Of a DNA stretch of 64,000 bases, positions 9,287-20,121 are shown piece after piece. The translations under genes were made by a program, and so were the position numbers. Source of the stretch: Bacteriovoracaceae bacterium. GTDB lineage: Bacteria; Bdellovibrionota; Bacteriovoracia; Bacteriovoracales; Bacteriovoracaceae. The notes beneath the pieces are model-generated. The model had not been told where the DNA came from. It made no database searches and saw only the letters and a list, made by a program, of their open reading frames with translations. Location of the stretch: positions 160,001-224,000 of the forward strand of contig JBLWTJ010000001.1 of assembly GCA_048270185.1 (NCBI GenBank), in the 5' to 3' direction. Within the stretch, counting starts at the first letter, position 1, and each line of letters starts with the position of its first letter.

Positions 9287-11671
9287 CTATTGTTCAATTG
9301 TAAAGTTAATCGTTAAAATATTAAATGGTCTTTCTCCAGCATACTCAAAGTCTTTGTAGTCATCATAGTAAGTTTGAGCGTTACCGAATATACTTGTCGT
9401 TGTTGGTGTATTTAAGTCGTGATAACAATCTTCACAATTTGAGAAAGTCATTCTCAAACGACATGTTACTTCTGTTCCTAGTGGAAGGTTCTTATTAATT
9501 TCAAAGAACATAATATTTGAATCAGTAAATACTGGTGTACCTGATTCATCTGTTAGTGATTCTTGCCAATTAGATTTTGGTAACATGAAAGGAACATTTT
9601 GAGTGTTAGCACTTGGAATTGCTTTTACAAAGCAATTATTAAGTTCTTCTTGAGTGCGTGTCTCGCTGTGGCCAAGACAGTCTTTTTCAAGAAGTCCAAT
9701 ATCAGTTTTCATCTTCTTTAAGAATTCGTGTTGATTAAGAAGCTTAGAGCTTGTTCCATCATTATAAGTAAGCATACACACTGGCATGATACGTCCAGTA
9801 TCCTTATAGTTTGAAGCCGTTACAGCATCACAAACGCGTCCACCTTGAGAGATTGAAGGAAAATTATCACTTAAGTTAGAGCATGGTTTTCCTTCTTCCA
9901 TATGGGCCCAGTCTGAAGCAATAACACGTGCTCCGGCCATAATTGAATTTGAATTATTGTAGATATTTGCAAAGATACCTACAATTTCACCAGGTGAAAC
10001 CTTTCCGTTTCCATTATTGTATTGAGCATCGACGTTTACGACTTCGTCAAGATCCATATTATTGTTGATGGTCTGATAAATAGAGCTTCTAACGTCAAAG
10101 ACATTAATTGCACTATAAGCAGATCGAGTATCTTTCACTAATAAATTCTTATTAATTAATTCAGACTTTTTGCGATTAAGTTGATTAACTGGTTGGTTAA
10201 CAACAGATGTCAGTGAATTGTAGTCTGTATTATAACTTCTAAATAGAAGTAGTCCGTAAGAGTCAAGTAGTGCTTCAAGATCATTTTGTGTAAACTGATT
10301 TAATGAGCATATATTTTGTGTTGAAATTGTGATCTTGAAAATATTACGAGCAAGGGCCTGAGAAAATCTTCTAAAATTAATCGGGTTTACTGATTTAACC
10401 CATTCGGTTGCATAATCGATATCGAGATTAATTTGATTTGTATATGAATCTTTACCTTGAGCAGATAAGTCACCAAGCTCGGATAATGTCTCAGTAAGTG
10501 TATAAAAGACCAGCTTCTTTGCATTTTCTAAGTCACCTGTACAGCTTGTACTTAACTGTCTAGTTAGAGCAACAAGGAAGTGGCTAATGATTTGTCCATC
10601 AAGGTGAATATCGTCTTCTGCTTGAGAAGTTCCTGTCCAAATATTATACCCTAAGTAATCAGGGTAGCTTAGGCGTGAGTCTTCATCTGTAGAGATTCCT
10701 GAAATGTGTGAATCATCATCTTCAGAAATCGGACGTGAAGCTTGAGCAAATTTTCCTAAGGCCCATTCACCCATGTGAGTGCGGCCATTAACAAAGTAAG
10801 AAAAATAGTCTGCAATTCCTTCATTTAATGAATAGGCTTCGTCGTGTCCAAAGTATCCAAGACGACTTTCTTCAATACAGCTGGCACCACATGAAGACGC
10901 GTAGTAAGAACGGTTTCTTAAGTTAATTAAACGATCTACAATTGTATGCCCGAATTCATGATAAATTACAGATGGATCCTGTGCCATTTTTATATTCTTA
11001 TATCCTTGAAGATAACCAAGTGAAATAAGAAAATTTGTTGGATCAAACATGGCATTATTCTTAAGGGAAGAATCCGCAAGGACAACTAGCTTTGAGTTAC
11101 TTAGTTGTTTCCAGTAGCTTCCATATGTATTTGTCGTGAAAGGAACTGAAGTTGTGTAACCAATTGTAGAATTTGTTGCGTGAAGTGCGTCTGCATAGTT
11201 TTGCATAAAATCGAGATACTTATCTAAAATCTTTGAGACGTGATAGTAAGCATTAATTTGTAAGAACTCTGTGTCCGTTACAGGAAAGGCCCATTGTCTT
11301 TCTGGATTGTGAAAAGGGGAGATCCCTGCATCTTCAGTTACCTCAAGACAATCTCCGATTAAGCTACATGTCTTCGTTAGGTACTCGTGGCCAGTAATGT
11401 AGACAGGTGAACGAGTAATAAGAGTTGATAGATCTGTTGACTCCGTTGCCACATCACCACTAAGAACAGTAGGGTTTGCAGCTAGAACTCGGCCGTAATT
11501 AGCATTTACTGTATCCTTTGTATTTGCTAGTGCCGCTCCTGTTGAGCTATCTCTTGAAGATTGGGCCGGCTCGACGATACATGAAGTTGTAAGAAGCCCT
11601 AGTCCAAGAATACACACCATGGACTTCACTATATTTAATTTTTTTTGTGCTATACGTACCGCTTTATTCAA
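9287..11671 (-). CDS. Lipoprotein zinc metallopeptidase (gluzincin, M4/M36-like) with Cys-rich C-terminal domain
   Basis: TTG start with GGAGG RBS, lipobox LTTSC, NAYYH, NNAMF, HEFGH (10946-10960), LNEGIADYF, DIHLDG. Confidence 0.8.
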   Translation of the reverse strand: MNKAVRIAQKKLNIVKSMVCILGLGLLTTSCIVEPAQSSRDSSTGAALANTKDTVNANYGRVLAANPTVLSGDVATESTDLSTLITRSPVYITGHEYLTKTCSLIGDCLEVTEDAGISPFHNPERQWAFPVTDTEFLQINAYYHVSKILDKYLDFMQNYADALHATNSTIGYTTSVPFTTNTYGSYWKQLSNSKLVVLADSSLKNNAMFDPTNFLISLGYLQGYKNIKMAQDPSVIYHEFGHTIVDRLINLRNRSYYASSCGASCIEESRLGYFGHDEAYSLNEGIADYFSYFVNGRTHMGEWALGKFAQASRPISEDDDSHISGISTDEDSRLSYPDYLGYNIWTGTSQAEDDIHLDGQIISHFLVALTRQLSTSCTGDLENAKKLVFYTLTETLSELGDLSAQGKDSYTNQINLDIDYATEWVKSVNPINFRRFSQALARNIFKITISTQNICSLNQFTQNDLEALLDSYGLLLFRSYNTDYNSLTSVVNQPVNQLNRKKSELINKNLLVKDTRSAYSAINVFDVRSSIYQTINNNMDLDEVVNVDAQYNNGNGKVSPGEIVGIFANIYNNSNSIMAGARVIASDWAHMEEGKPCSNLSDNFPSISQGGRVCDAVTASNYKDTGRIMPVCMLTYNDGTSSKLLNQHEFLKKMKTDIGLLEKDCLGHSETRTQEELNNCFVKAIPSANTQNVPFMLPKSNWQESLTDESGTPVFTDSNIMFFEINKNLPLGTEVTCRLRMTFSNCEDCYHDLNTPTTTSIFGNAQTYYDDYKDFEYAGERPFNILTINFTIEQ

Positions 11672-11720
11672 CTAGGCCTCCTATGCCTCTTGTCTTAAAA
11701 TCATTTTTGCAACTGAAGGG

Positions 11721-14700
11721 TTATTGGATAATCCCATCAGAAGCGATATCGCGTTGGATCTTCTCCATTAGGCCAGGAATTAGGCCCTTAGATCCATATT
11801 GTGAGCCATTAATGGCCGCACATGCTGTTCCGTTATACTTTTCCCCAATATCATTCCACTTATCTTGGATACCAGGGTTTAATGCAATTCTTACTGTTGA
11901 AGCAGCTTCACTAATACCAAGGGCCGCAAGTGGATTCTTTTCGAAGTCTTTCTTTGCATCTTTTATACATTTGTCATAACTTTTTTGATAAGTTTCAACT
12001 AAGTTTATTTTTTCTGGATCACTTTCTGCGGCAGTTAGTTTTTCAGATTGTACCGTACAATTTGTATCCGCATACGACTGTGAACTCATATTGACTGCCT
12101 GACAGATAGACTTACCTGGATAAGTTCCACCAATATTGTCATTGGCCGAATTAATCGCAACATAGTTTGAGATATTAATTAGCTCCTGTGAGTTAAGCTC
12201 CTTGCTTATGTCTTCAGGAATATCACCATCTGGTTTCTCAAGGTACTTCTTAACTTTCTCTTTGATCTTAGTATCTGAAATAGCATCAAGAATATTAGTT
12301 CTAAGCTTTGTTAGAAGACCTTTTGTACTTCCTGAACTTGCACAAGTATTTTTAAAAAGCCTTGTCTTATCTTCTTCATCCATATCATTTGATAGGGTCC
12401 CTTCTTGATTTGCGCTTGCACAAAGGTTAGCGTAGTCATTAATTTGATCGTAGATATAAGTATTACTTCCGCCACCAAAGGATGCTGGTCCTCGTGATTG
12501 AGCTCTTAGTACTGAAGCGATTTCAACAGCGTCACCGTAGAGCTTTTCTGCTGAGTTTTCACCGTCACAACCTGGCCCTGGACCTTGTTCCTGTAATCCT
12601 CTTAGTTTCTGGCAGAATGCATACTGCTCATTTCTATTTTCCATTGCTTGTTCAGAAGCGACTTTGCGAGCTTCAGCTTTTGCCTTCTTTGCTTCAGCAA
12701 TTGCACTGTTACAGTCTGTAACAAATTTTTGCCATTTTGCAATTTCTGTTTCTTCTGCATTATTTTGTTCAGCAATTTTTTGTTGTAGATATTCTTTTTG
12801 TTTTCCAAACCAAGCGTCTAGGTTTCCTTTGAAATTTTCAACATTTCCATTCACTGCATTCATCATATCTGCCATGAAAGCAGCAGGATCTTTCTTAAGT
12901 AGAAGTCCTTTAGCTAGGTTTTCATCAGCAGGTTGATCCATATTGATCGTCTTATCAAATTGTAGACCTGTCATCGGGGGAACCCCAAGGGCAGTCACTT
13001 GTGAAGAAGTTAAATTTGGAAACATCTTCTTATATAGTCCATTTGCTACGGCCGTCATATCCATTTGAACTTGCGCAATCATCGCTTTTGCTGCATCTTC
13101 TGCTTTTTGCATTTCTGCATTATAAAGATCAGACTTTTGCTTTAGTTCATTTGTTTTGGCCGTCACCATATTTGCAGTGAATTCACTACATGTAGCTAAG
13201 TTTTCTGAACAAGCTGCAGCTTGAGTTACACAAAATGATTCAGAGCCTGTGTCATAAACACCACCGCTTTCACATTTATTAAGCTCAACTGATTGACCAT
13301 CACAATTATAGATTAGTTCATCAATCTCGGCCATGATACTACCTTGGCCGTCTGATGCGATTGTTCTTTTGGCAAGATCTTGTAATTCACTAGCTTCTTT
13401 TTTTAGCGCTTTTGCTTCTGAGCGGTAAGTTTCAAGTTTTGCAACATCACCGGCCGGCTTTAGGTCACCATTAAAGATGGCCGTACACTCATTCTTTAAA
13501 TCACTGTAGTAAGCAGAAACTGTTTTTGAAACACTTTTTCCTGAACTATTTGTAACAGTCATTCTGATATTATCATCTGCAATCGAGTTAACAGTACGAT
13601 CAAGAGAAGTGATTGAAGTTGGTGAGTTAAAAGCTTGTCCTGCAGCTCTTTGGAAGTTATCAAGAACGTCACCGTTACTTCCAAGTTTTACGTGGTTAAA
13701 TGATTTTAGAGAGGATTGAAGAGTCGTTGAGTAAGCAGCTGCATTACTTCCTGTCATACAATCGAGAATAAACTTCTCTCTAAATGAATCTTCAGACTTT
13801 GAAGCGAGACGGTCAACTTTAATCATAAAGCTTGGGTCATCAAATGCCGGAAGGTCTGCATCGCTTACACCAAGTGCCGTTAACATCTTCTTAACTTTTT
13901 GAAGTTTTGAAGTAGTATTCTGAGCCGCAAAAGTTCTTGCTTTTGAAAATAGGTTAGAAAATTTCGATCCTTTAAATAGATCTTCTCTTAAGGCCTGATC
14001 GTAACCACCAGAAGAAAGTCTTTGAGCTATTTTTCTCTTATCGGCTTCAATTTGATTTCTAATTGAAATGGCCGCATTTCCTCTAAAGTTCTTGGCCTTA
14101 CGATCATCTTCAGACATTTTGTCTTTTAGGCCAACAAGACCAGCGCTACCGATAATCTTATTCACATTATATGCTTCAACACATGAGGCAGGCATTAGCT
14201 TATTAAAATCTGTATTTTTAAAATCTTGACTAATGCTATCACCACCACCATTTAGTAGGGCGTTTAATTCTTTGATATTAATTAGATTCTTCTTTTGAGC
14301 ATCCGTTACTTTCTTTAAGTTGGCTTCATATGCGGCAATCATTTGTGCATACTTTGCTGTTGCAGCTAAGTATGTATCTTCGATTGATTTAAGTCCGTCT
14401 TCTAAACATTGAGCACCTTTGTGCTTATTTTTTCCAACTTCAACATACATATTAAGAACATTATTTCCTAGAGCAAGTGCTTGTTCCGGAATTCTAAGTT
14501 GACCTTGTACTGAACATGATCCGTTCGGTGCAAGAATTGCTTCTGGAGCAATTTGACAACCAAATGCAGGGAAGACATTTGGATAAGCCGTTTTGCTCTG
14601 AGCATCTTTTTGGGCCTTGTTAAACTCTTGCATGGCATAGATCTCTGTTTGTGAGATATTATTTCGTGCCTGCATTTGTTGAGACATTCCACTTACCGTA

Positions 14701-14894
14701 TTGAGTGCTCCAAGAATTGTTTTCATTCCTGAACTTGATGTTGCCTCGGCAAGTGAGCCTGCAAAAGCATTTAATGGTAGTGAAGAATGAATGAGTGTAA
14801 GAGCGAATACGCTGACTTTAACTTTTTTAAAAGAAGAAATATTCTCTTCTTTTCTTAAGTTCTTTTGCACTCTAGCTTTTGTTAACTTTTTCAC
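11721..14894 (-). CDS. Large secreted helical/coiled-coil, Cys-containing hypothetical protein
   Basis: 1057-aa ORF, GTG start with AGGGGA RBS, long signal peptide ending NAFA, Ala/Lys/Gln-rich helices. Confidence 0.75.
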   Translation of the reverse strand: MKKLTKARVQKNLRKEENISSFKKVKVSVFALTLIHSSLPLNAFAGSLAEATSSSGMKTILGALNTVSGMSQQMQARNNISQTEIYAMQEFNKAQKDAQSKTAYPNVFPAFGCQIAPEAILAPNGSCSVQGQLRIPEQALALGNNVLNMYVEVGKNKHKGAQCLEDGLKSIEDTYLAATAKYAQMIAAYEANLKKVTDAQKKNLINIKELNALLNGGGDSISQDFKNTDFNKLMPASCVEAYNVNKIIGSAGLVGLKDKMSEDDRKAKNFRGNAAISIRNQIEADKRKIAQRLSSGGYDQALREDLFKGSKFSNLFSKARTFAAQNTTSKLQKVKKMLTALGVSDADLPAFDDPSFMIKVDRLASKSEDSFREKFILDCMTGSNAAAYSTTLQSSLKSFNHVKLGSNGDVLDNFQRAAGQAFNSPTSITSLDRTVNSIADDNIRMTVTNSSGKSVSKTVSAYYSDLKNECTAIFNGDLKPAGDVAKLETYRSEAKALKKEASELQDLAKRTIASDGQGSIMAEIDELIYNCDGQSVELNKCESGGVYDTGSESFCVTQAAACSENLATCSEFTANMVTAKTNELKQKSDLYNAEMQKAEDAAKAMIAQVQMDMTAVANGLYKKMFPNLTSSQVTALGVPPMTGLQFDKTINMDQPADENLAKGLLLKKDPAAFMADMMNAVNGNVENFKGNLDAWFGKQKEYLQQKIAEQNNAEETEIAKWQKFVTDCNSAIAEAKKAKAEARKVASEQAMENRNEQYAFCQKLRGLQEQGPGPGCDGENSAEKLYGDAVEIASVLRAQSRGPASFGGGSNTYIYDQINDYANLCASANQEGTLSNDMDEEDKTRLFKNTCASSGSTKGLLTKLRTNILDAISDTKIKEKVKKYLEKPDGDIPEDISKELNSQELINISNYVAINSANDNIGGTYPGKSICQAVNMSSQSYADTNCTVQSEKLTAAESDPEKINLVETYQKSYDKCIKDAKKDFEKNPLAALGISEAASTVRIALNPGIQDKWNDIGEKYNGTACAAINGSQYGSKGLIPGLMEKIQRDIASDGIIQ

Positions 14895-14926
14895 TTTAGT
14901 TCCCCTGTCAATTCAATGCTTTATAC

Positions 14927-14953
14927 TTATCGACAATTTAGTAATTTTCTTTA
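14927..14953 (-). promoter_or_regulatory. Putative sigma28 (FliA) promoter
   Basis: Minus strand reads TAAA-N15-GTCGATAA, 33 bp upstream of the 14894 start; consensus TAAA-N15-GCCGATAA. Confidence 0.65.
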
Positions 14954-15134
14954 TTTTATTAAGGAAATCATTCCTGACCTAATAATTTGGTTAAATTTGG
15001 CAAAGTGGAGAAAATAACTCGTTGAATTTATGACTTTGAGGATGTGATTTCAGAGTGTTAAAATAAGTTAAGAATTCAAAAAATTGAAAATTTTAATGCC
15101 AATATTTGTGGCCAACTAACGATTATAGACGAAT

Positions 15135-16715
15135 ATGACTTTCACTTCCAACCGATATTTAAGGATTACGGCCACCATTATTGACCTATGTTTATGCCTT
15201 TTTATCAGTTACAACTTATTAAGTAGTAAGGTTATCCTCTCAATTAGTGATGTTCTATTTAGCGATCAAAATGCGACTTTATCAATAAAGCATATTCATG
15301 TTTATCTCATCACTTATTTCTTCTATTGTTTTTATTGTGGCCTATTCTTTAGCATAACACTCGGTCAAGCAGTATGTGGTATTCGTATACAGGCCGGAAG
15401 TTTTATTCAAAAACGACTGGGGGCGATAATGCGTCTTGCCCTCATGCCACTAAGAATACTTTTTGATATCTTTTCAACTGAAGTTGAATCTAGGTGGTCG
15501 TCAAAAATTTGCGCTTCAAGGATAGTCTACCAATCCAAAGTTATCTCTTACTTAATAGCGACAATAATATGCATCATTGCTATTGGGTTAACTCCATTTA
15601 GCGCATTAATGTATAAGCAACAATTTCTTTCCAGTCAGTATTTTGATTTCGGACTTAAAACATTTGTCGAAGGAGAAATAAGTGACTTTGAATCTTTTCA
15701 AGAAATTGGTGCCAAAACACTAGGCTTTTCTAGTTTTACAAACTTATCAGATGGAAGGTTTAGTATTAGGCCAAGTTTTGAAATTCGAAAGGTTGAATCT
15801 AAGACGATATATCGGCCACTAGTTTCCATATGGGATAAACACTTATCGCTTCGTGGAATATTTAAAATATCATCACGATTTGATTTATATTCGATTATCT
15901 CAAAAACCAGAAGTGAGCTTTTCTTTTTTGATCTCTATTACCCTAAGCTGAGTAAAACTCTTGATTTATATAAGAAAGACGATGGTGACATCTTCTATTT
16001 GGATGCAAGGTCTAGTCTTGAGCTTTTTGAATTAGTATCGAATGCTTTCTTAGTTAACTACAAGACAATACCTACATTATTATTGAAAGGTCATTTTCAA
16101 TTCTTGCCATATTTACAATTAAAGCTGGCCTTAGCTGACTTACTTCAAATAACAGATGATAATTATATCGACTTCATCAAAAGTGGAGAGATGATCTTTG
16201 TTCGTAAGAAAGATTATTCTGGTGAAAATATTATCTATCGTGAGACATTCTTTAGCCTTGGTCAACTCAAACCAATTGTCTACTCAAGTATGTGGGATCG
16301 AAATATTGACAATGATAAGGCGCAAAGTGATTTTGCTAACTCACTATTTTTCAAGGCCCGTTGGGGCAAAGAAGTTGATGATCGTTACCAAACATGGGTT
16401 AAAGAAGAATTACTCAACCCTCTTATTAGCTTCGATCTTATTCAGAGCACTGATCAATCAAAAGAGTATCGTCAGAAGTTTGAGAAATACATTGTTAAGT
16501 TCTATCTTGATGATGCACGAAATGCTTTAGAAAGTGGTGAAGGAGAGTATATTAACACTGTTCGCTCTAGTCTTCAGCGATTTAACCTGGTTTTTCAACT
16601 TGCTATGAAGAAAAATGAAACCTTCTATTCAAAGGCGACAATTAAATCTTTAAATGACATCTTACTTGCTCTAAAATTAAAAGATAAGAAATTATTAGAT
16701 AAAGTAAATAAGTAA
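15135..16715 (+). CDS. RDD-family membrane protein with large soluble C-terminal domain
   Basis: RITATIID start, TLGQAVCGIRI, AIMR motifs and several TM helices. Confidence 0.6.
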   Translation: MTFTSNRYLRITATIIDLCLCLFISYNLLSSKVILSISDVLFSDQNATLSIKHIHVYLITYFFYCFYCGLFFSITLGQAVCGIRIQAGSFIQKRLGAIMRLALMPLRILFDIFSTEVESRWSSKICASRIVYQSKVISYLIATIICIIAIGLTPFSALMYKQQFLSSQYFDFGLKTFVEGEISDFESFQEIGAKTLGFSSFTNLSDGRFSIRPSFEIRKVESKTIYRPLVSIWDKHLSLRGIFKISSRFDLYSIISKTRSELFFFDLYYPKLSKTLDLYKKDDGDIFYLDARSSLELFELVSNAFLVNYKTIPTLLLKGHFQFLPYLQLKLALADLLQITDDNYIDFIKSGEMIFVRKKDYSGENIIYRETFFSLGQLKPIVYSSMWDRNIDNDKAQSDFANSLFFKARWGKEVDDRYQTWVKEELLNPLISFDLIQSTDQSKEYRQKFEKYIVKFYLDDARNALESGEGEYINTVRSSLQRFNLVFQLAMKKNETFYSKATIKSLNDILLALKLKDKKLLDKVNK

Positions 16716-16729
16716 AAACTAGGATTATT

Positions 16730-17527
16730 ATGACTCTATGGATGGCAATAGTTTACGGGATTATTCAAGGCCTAACAGAATTTCTACCTGTTTCAAGCTC
16801 TGGTCACCTGGCCCTGCTTCCATTCTTTTATGACTTTAAGGACCCAGGAATTTTCTTTGATCTGGCCATGCACGTCGGAACAGCTCTAGCTGTAGCCATT
16901 TACTTTCATAAAGAAGTACGTCGTATAGGAAAAAATGCAATCTTCTTTGTCATGCCTAATAAGAAATGTGATGATTTCACAAAGAACTTTATGATCGCGA
17001 CATTTTTTACAGGATTCTTTGCTCTACTGCTAAGGCCCGTGGCCGAGGAATATGGACGCAATGAAATCTTTATTGCTTTCAATCTTGCCTTCTTTGGTAT
17101 TCTACTATTTATCTCAGATCGCATTAGTCGAACAGATAAGACAATGGAGGGCTTTAGAGCTTCATCATCAATTGTCATTGGACTTTCTCAGGTTCTAGCA
17201 ATTTTCCCTGGGGTTTCACGCTCTGGGATTACAATTACAAGTGCACGCTTTCTCGGGCTTTCAAAAGAAGATGCTTCTTCTTTTTCATTTCTCTTGTCCC
17301 TTCCACTAATTTTTGCAGCATTCTTTTTAAAGAGTTACGGATTAATTTCTCACCCTAGTGAGATCAAGTTTGAGGTTCTAAATTGTATTGTTGGAGTTGT
17401 CGTCTCTTTTGGAGTTGGCCTTGCAACGATTCATTTCTTTATGAAGCTTATTCGTAAGATCCAATTTGGATACTTCTTAGTTTATCGCCTGATTCTAAGT
17501 GCTTTAGTCTTTTATCTTGTGAAGTGA
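16730..17527 (+). CDS. uppP: Undecaprenyl-diphosphate phosphatase (BacA family)
   Basis: GIIQGLTEFLPVSSSGHL and FPGVSRSGITI. Confidence 0.95.
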   Translation: MTLWMAIVYGIIQGLTEFLPVSSSGHLALLPFFYDFKDPGIFFDLAMHVGTALAVAIYFHKEVRRIGKNAIFFVMPNKKCDDFTKNFMIATFFTGFFALLLRPVAEEYGRNEIFIAFNLAFFGILLFISDRISRTDKTMEGFRASSSIVIGLSQVLAIFPGVSRSGITITSARFLGLSKEDASSFSFLLSLPLIFAAFFLKSYGLISHPSEIKFEVLNCIVGVVVSFGVGLATIHFFMKLIRKIQFGYFLVYRLILSALVFYLVK

Positions 17528-18481
17528 TTCTTCAATAGTAATAACAGGACTGTGGCCAAAATCATTCTTAGCAGCATTATGTTTAAAGTAGTGAGATGTT
17601 CCCATTTGTAGGGCCACAAATCGCGTCATTGGCGGTTGGCCATCGAATTTTCCAAGCAGACGATAGAACGCTTCAAAGATTGCACCTATAATATAGACCA
17701 TTCTTAATGAGACCTTCTTTCTTAGGGGGTTAACTCCCTTTGCTTCAAGGATATCATTGATGAAGTCCCATAATTTGACCGGTCTTTCTTGGCCAATAAA
17801 GTAGGCCTTACCGCTATTCTTAGCACCAGTACGTAGCTCGTTAAATGCTTTTATATGGGCAAGGGATGCGTTTTCAACATAGTTAATATCAACTATATTC
17901 TCTCCCGTACCAATGATTTTTAGACGGCCAGATTTGGCCCGGGCCACAAGAGTAGGGATGATATTCTGATCTCTTTGGCCATATATGAGGTGTGGCCTAA
18001 TGGATGTTGTAAAGAGAGTACTATCATTAGCATTTAATACATAAGCTTCTGCTATTGATTTGGTACGTGCATAATCATTAAGAAAAACATTTGGATAAGG
18101 GAGGGATTCGTCTCCGTCACAGATCTCTTCCTTTCCAAAAACGACACTTGGGGTACTAGTGTAGATGAGATACTTGATGCCAGCTTTTCTCACTTGATCA
18201 ACTATATTCCTCGTTCCTAGAATATTGATATCCTCGAAGTCTTTTTTGCGTCCCCACATTCCGACTTTGCCGGCCACATGAAATACAGCTTCAATACCTT
18301 CAAGTGCACCAGCTACGTCACTAGCAATTGTTAAGTTACCTCGGCGTGTTTCAATACCAAGCTCTTTTACTTCATCTGTTTCTGAGCGAGAAAAATTGAC
18401 CACTTCATGGCCTTCTTCTAAAAGATCTTTAGCTATATGATATCCAAGAAAACCTGTTGCTCCTGTAACTAGTATTTTCAT
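17504..18481 (-). CDS. oleD: 2-alkyl-3-oxoalkanoate reductase OleD (3-beta-HSD-like extended SDR)
   Basis: GATGFLG, HVAGKVGMWG, YARTK; last gene of the oleABC run. Confidence 0.88.
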   Translation of the reverse strand: MKILVTGATGFLGYHIAKDLLEEGHEVVNFSRSETDEVKELGIETRRGNLTIASDVAGALEGIEAVFHVAGKVGMWGRKKDFEDINILGTRNIVDQVRKAGIKYLIYTSTPSVVFGKEEICDGDESLPYPNVFLNDYARTKSIAEAYVLNANDSTLFTTSIRPHLIYGQRDQNIIPTLVARAKSGRLKIIGTGENIVDINYVENASLAHIKAFNELRTGAKNSGKAYFIGQERPVKLWDFINDILEAKGVNPLRKKVSLRMVYIIGAIFEAFYRLLGKFDGQPPMTRFVALQMGTSHYFKHNAAKNDFGHSPVITIEESLHKIKD

Positions 18482-18483
18482 AT

Positions 18484-20121
18484 TTATTTAAGTTTTCCTC
18501 TTTGGGCCATTAAAGATAAGGCCTTGCGGTCAATTTTGATATTATGTCTGATATCTACTGGAAATTTTGAGCATAGATATATTTCATCTATCACCTTAGT
18601 ATGTTGGTATTGGTTGGCCATGACTTTAAGTTCTTGCTTGAATTTACTTTTATTAAAAACGGCTCCTTTAGGCTCGATTGAAATGGCCGGCCTAATACGA
18701 TTATTTCTTGTTATCCAGATAAGGGCCGATTTTCTAACAAGGGGATGTTTGTTAAAAATTGCTTCAGTTGAAATAGGGTAGTAAGTTGTGGCATGGGCCT
18801 TTACTTGATGGGCACGACGTCCATAAAACCATAGCTTACCTTCTTTATCTATTCTTCCCAGATCACCCATACGATGCCAGAAAGTATCACCATCATAGAT
18901 TTTAGCTTCACGTGTTTTGTCGTTAAGTTCATCTCCATGATAGCGGGCAGTTGCTGTCTTTGTACGAACGATAATTTCACCAACAGTTCCTATTGGAAGC
19001 TGTTTTGTATCTTTAATATCAGCAATTACACCATCAACATCTTTTATAATGCGAATCTCAACACCAGGACAAGGAAGGCCAATACAAGTTCCCGCACCTT
19101 GTGATGTTTCAAATTGAGTATTAGTTAAGATCTCTTTTCCGTTAAAACAGCTGACAGGAAGACACTCTGTTGCTCCATATGGAGTATAAGTATCAGCATC
19201 TTCTCTTTCGAGGTGGGCGATAAGCTTTTCATGCACTTCGTTTCTTACAGGGGCCCCGAACATAACGATATATTTAACAGTCTTTAATGTTTCATTATTC
19301 TTTGCTAGATAATTTCCAACTCTCTCCCAAATGGCAGGTGAGCCTGCTACAAAAGTTGCACCATTATCATTGATATTTTTAATTAATGATTTAGGGTCGC
19401 ATTTTGCTGGTTTACTTGGGTTCATATCCGGGATGACACTTGTCATACCCATGGACATTGTAAAGAATGAAAAAAGAGGGAATCCAGGCACGTCTATATC
19501 TTCTGAAGTCAAACCAAAGAGTTCCTGCAAAGTATCAGTTTGTGTATTAAAGATTTCATGAGTGTATTCAACACCTTTTGGTCTACCTGTTCCACCAGAA
19601 GTGAAGAGGATGGCCGCTAGGTCACTAGGCTCAACCTTTTGTGTTTCAAAAGGCATTTGCTCTTTTTCTTTTAGGGATTTAATTGTCGTAAGGCTTGGGA
19701 AGATCTTGGCCTCAGTCGTAAAGTACTTCTTAATAGATTTAAAACTATCTTTTTTAAACTGTCTTAAAATATGAACAACGTTAACTGCAATGAGATAATC
19801 AGGTGCAGCGTCTTTAATGGCCTTAAATAAGTTCTTAAGTCCCATTCCTGGATCAATTAGAATTGGAATGGCCCCAATTTTAAATAGAGCGAATGTTAGA
19901 GCAGGGAAGTCAAAAGAAGGTCTGACAAAGAGTAATACTTTATCACCTTTAGTTATTCCCTCTTCAACTAGCTTTGCTCCATAGTGAGAGCTAAGATCGT
20001 TAAACTCTTTGAAAGTGAGAGTGTCGTAACGATAGCCACTTCCTTTTCTAATCGGAAATTTTAAGCAAATTTTATCAGGAGTTTTGGTTGCCCAATTCTC
20101 TATTCTATGCGCGATATTCAT
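18484..20121 (-). CDS. oleC: Olefin beta-lactone synthetase OleC (AMP-dependent ligase)
   Basis: FTSGGTGRPKG, TPYGATE, WHRMGDLG, FPVDIRHNIKI. Confidence 0.9.
   Translation of the reverse strand: MNIAHRIENWATKTPDKICLKFPIRKGSGYRYDTLTFKEFNDLSSHYGAKLVEEGITKGDKVLLFVRPSFDFPALTFALFKIGAIPILIDPGMGLKNLFKAIKDAAPDYLIAVNVVHILRQFKKDSFKSIKKYFTTEAKIFPSLTTIKSLKEKEQMPFETQKVEPSDLAAILFTSGGTGRPKGVEYTHEIFNTQTDTLQELFGLTSEDIDVPGFPLFSFFTMSMGMTSVIPDMNPSKPAKCDPKSLIKNINDNGATFVAGSPAIWERVGNYLAKNNETLKTVKYIVMFGAPVRNEVHEKLIAHLEREDADTYTPYGATECLPVSCFNGKEILTNTQFETSQGAGTCIGLPCPGVEIRIIKDVDGVIADIKDTKQLPIGTVGEIIVRTKTATARYHGDELNDKTREAKIYDGDTFWHRMGDLGRIDKEGKLWFYGRRAHQVKAHATTYYPISTEAIFNKHPLVRKSALIWITRNNRIRPAISIEPKGAVFNKSKFKQELKVMANQYQHTKVIDEIYLCSKFPVDIRHNIKIDRKALSLMAQRGKLK

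Noticed and set aside
17504..17527. uppP as part of the ole cluster
   Set aside because: Opposite strand with a 24-nt convergent 3' overlap; no functional link is evident.
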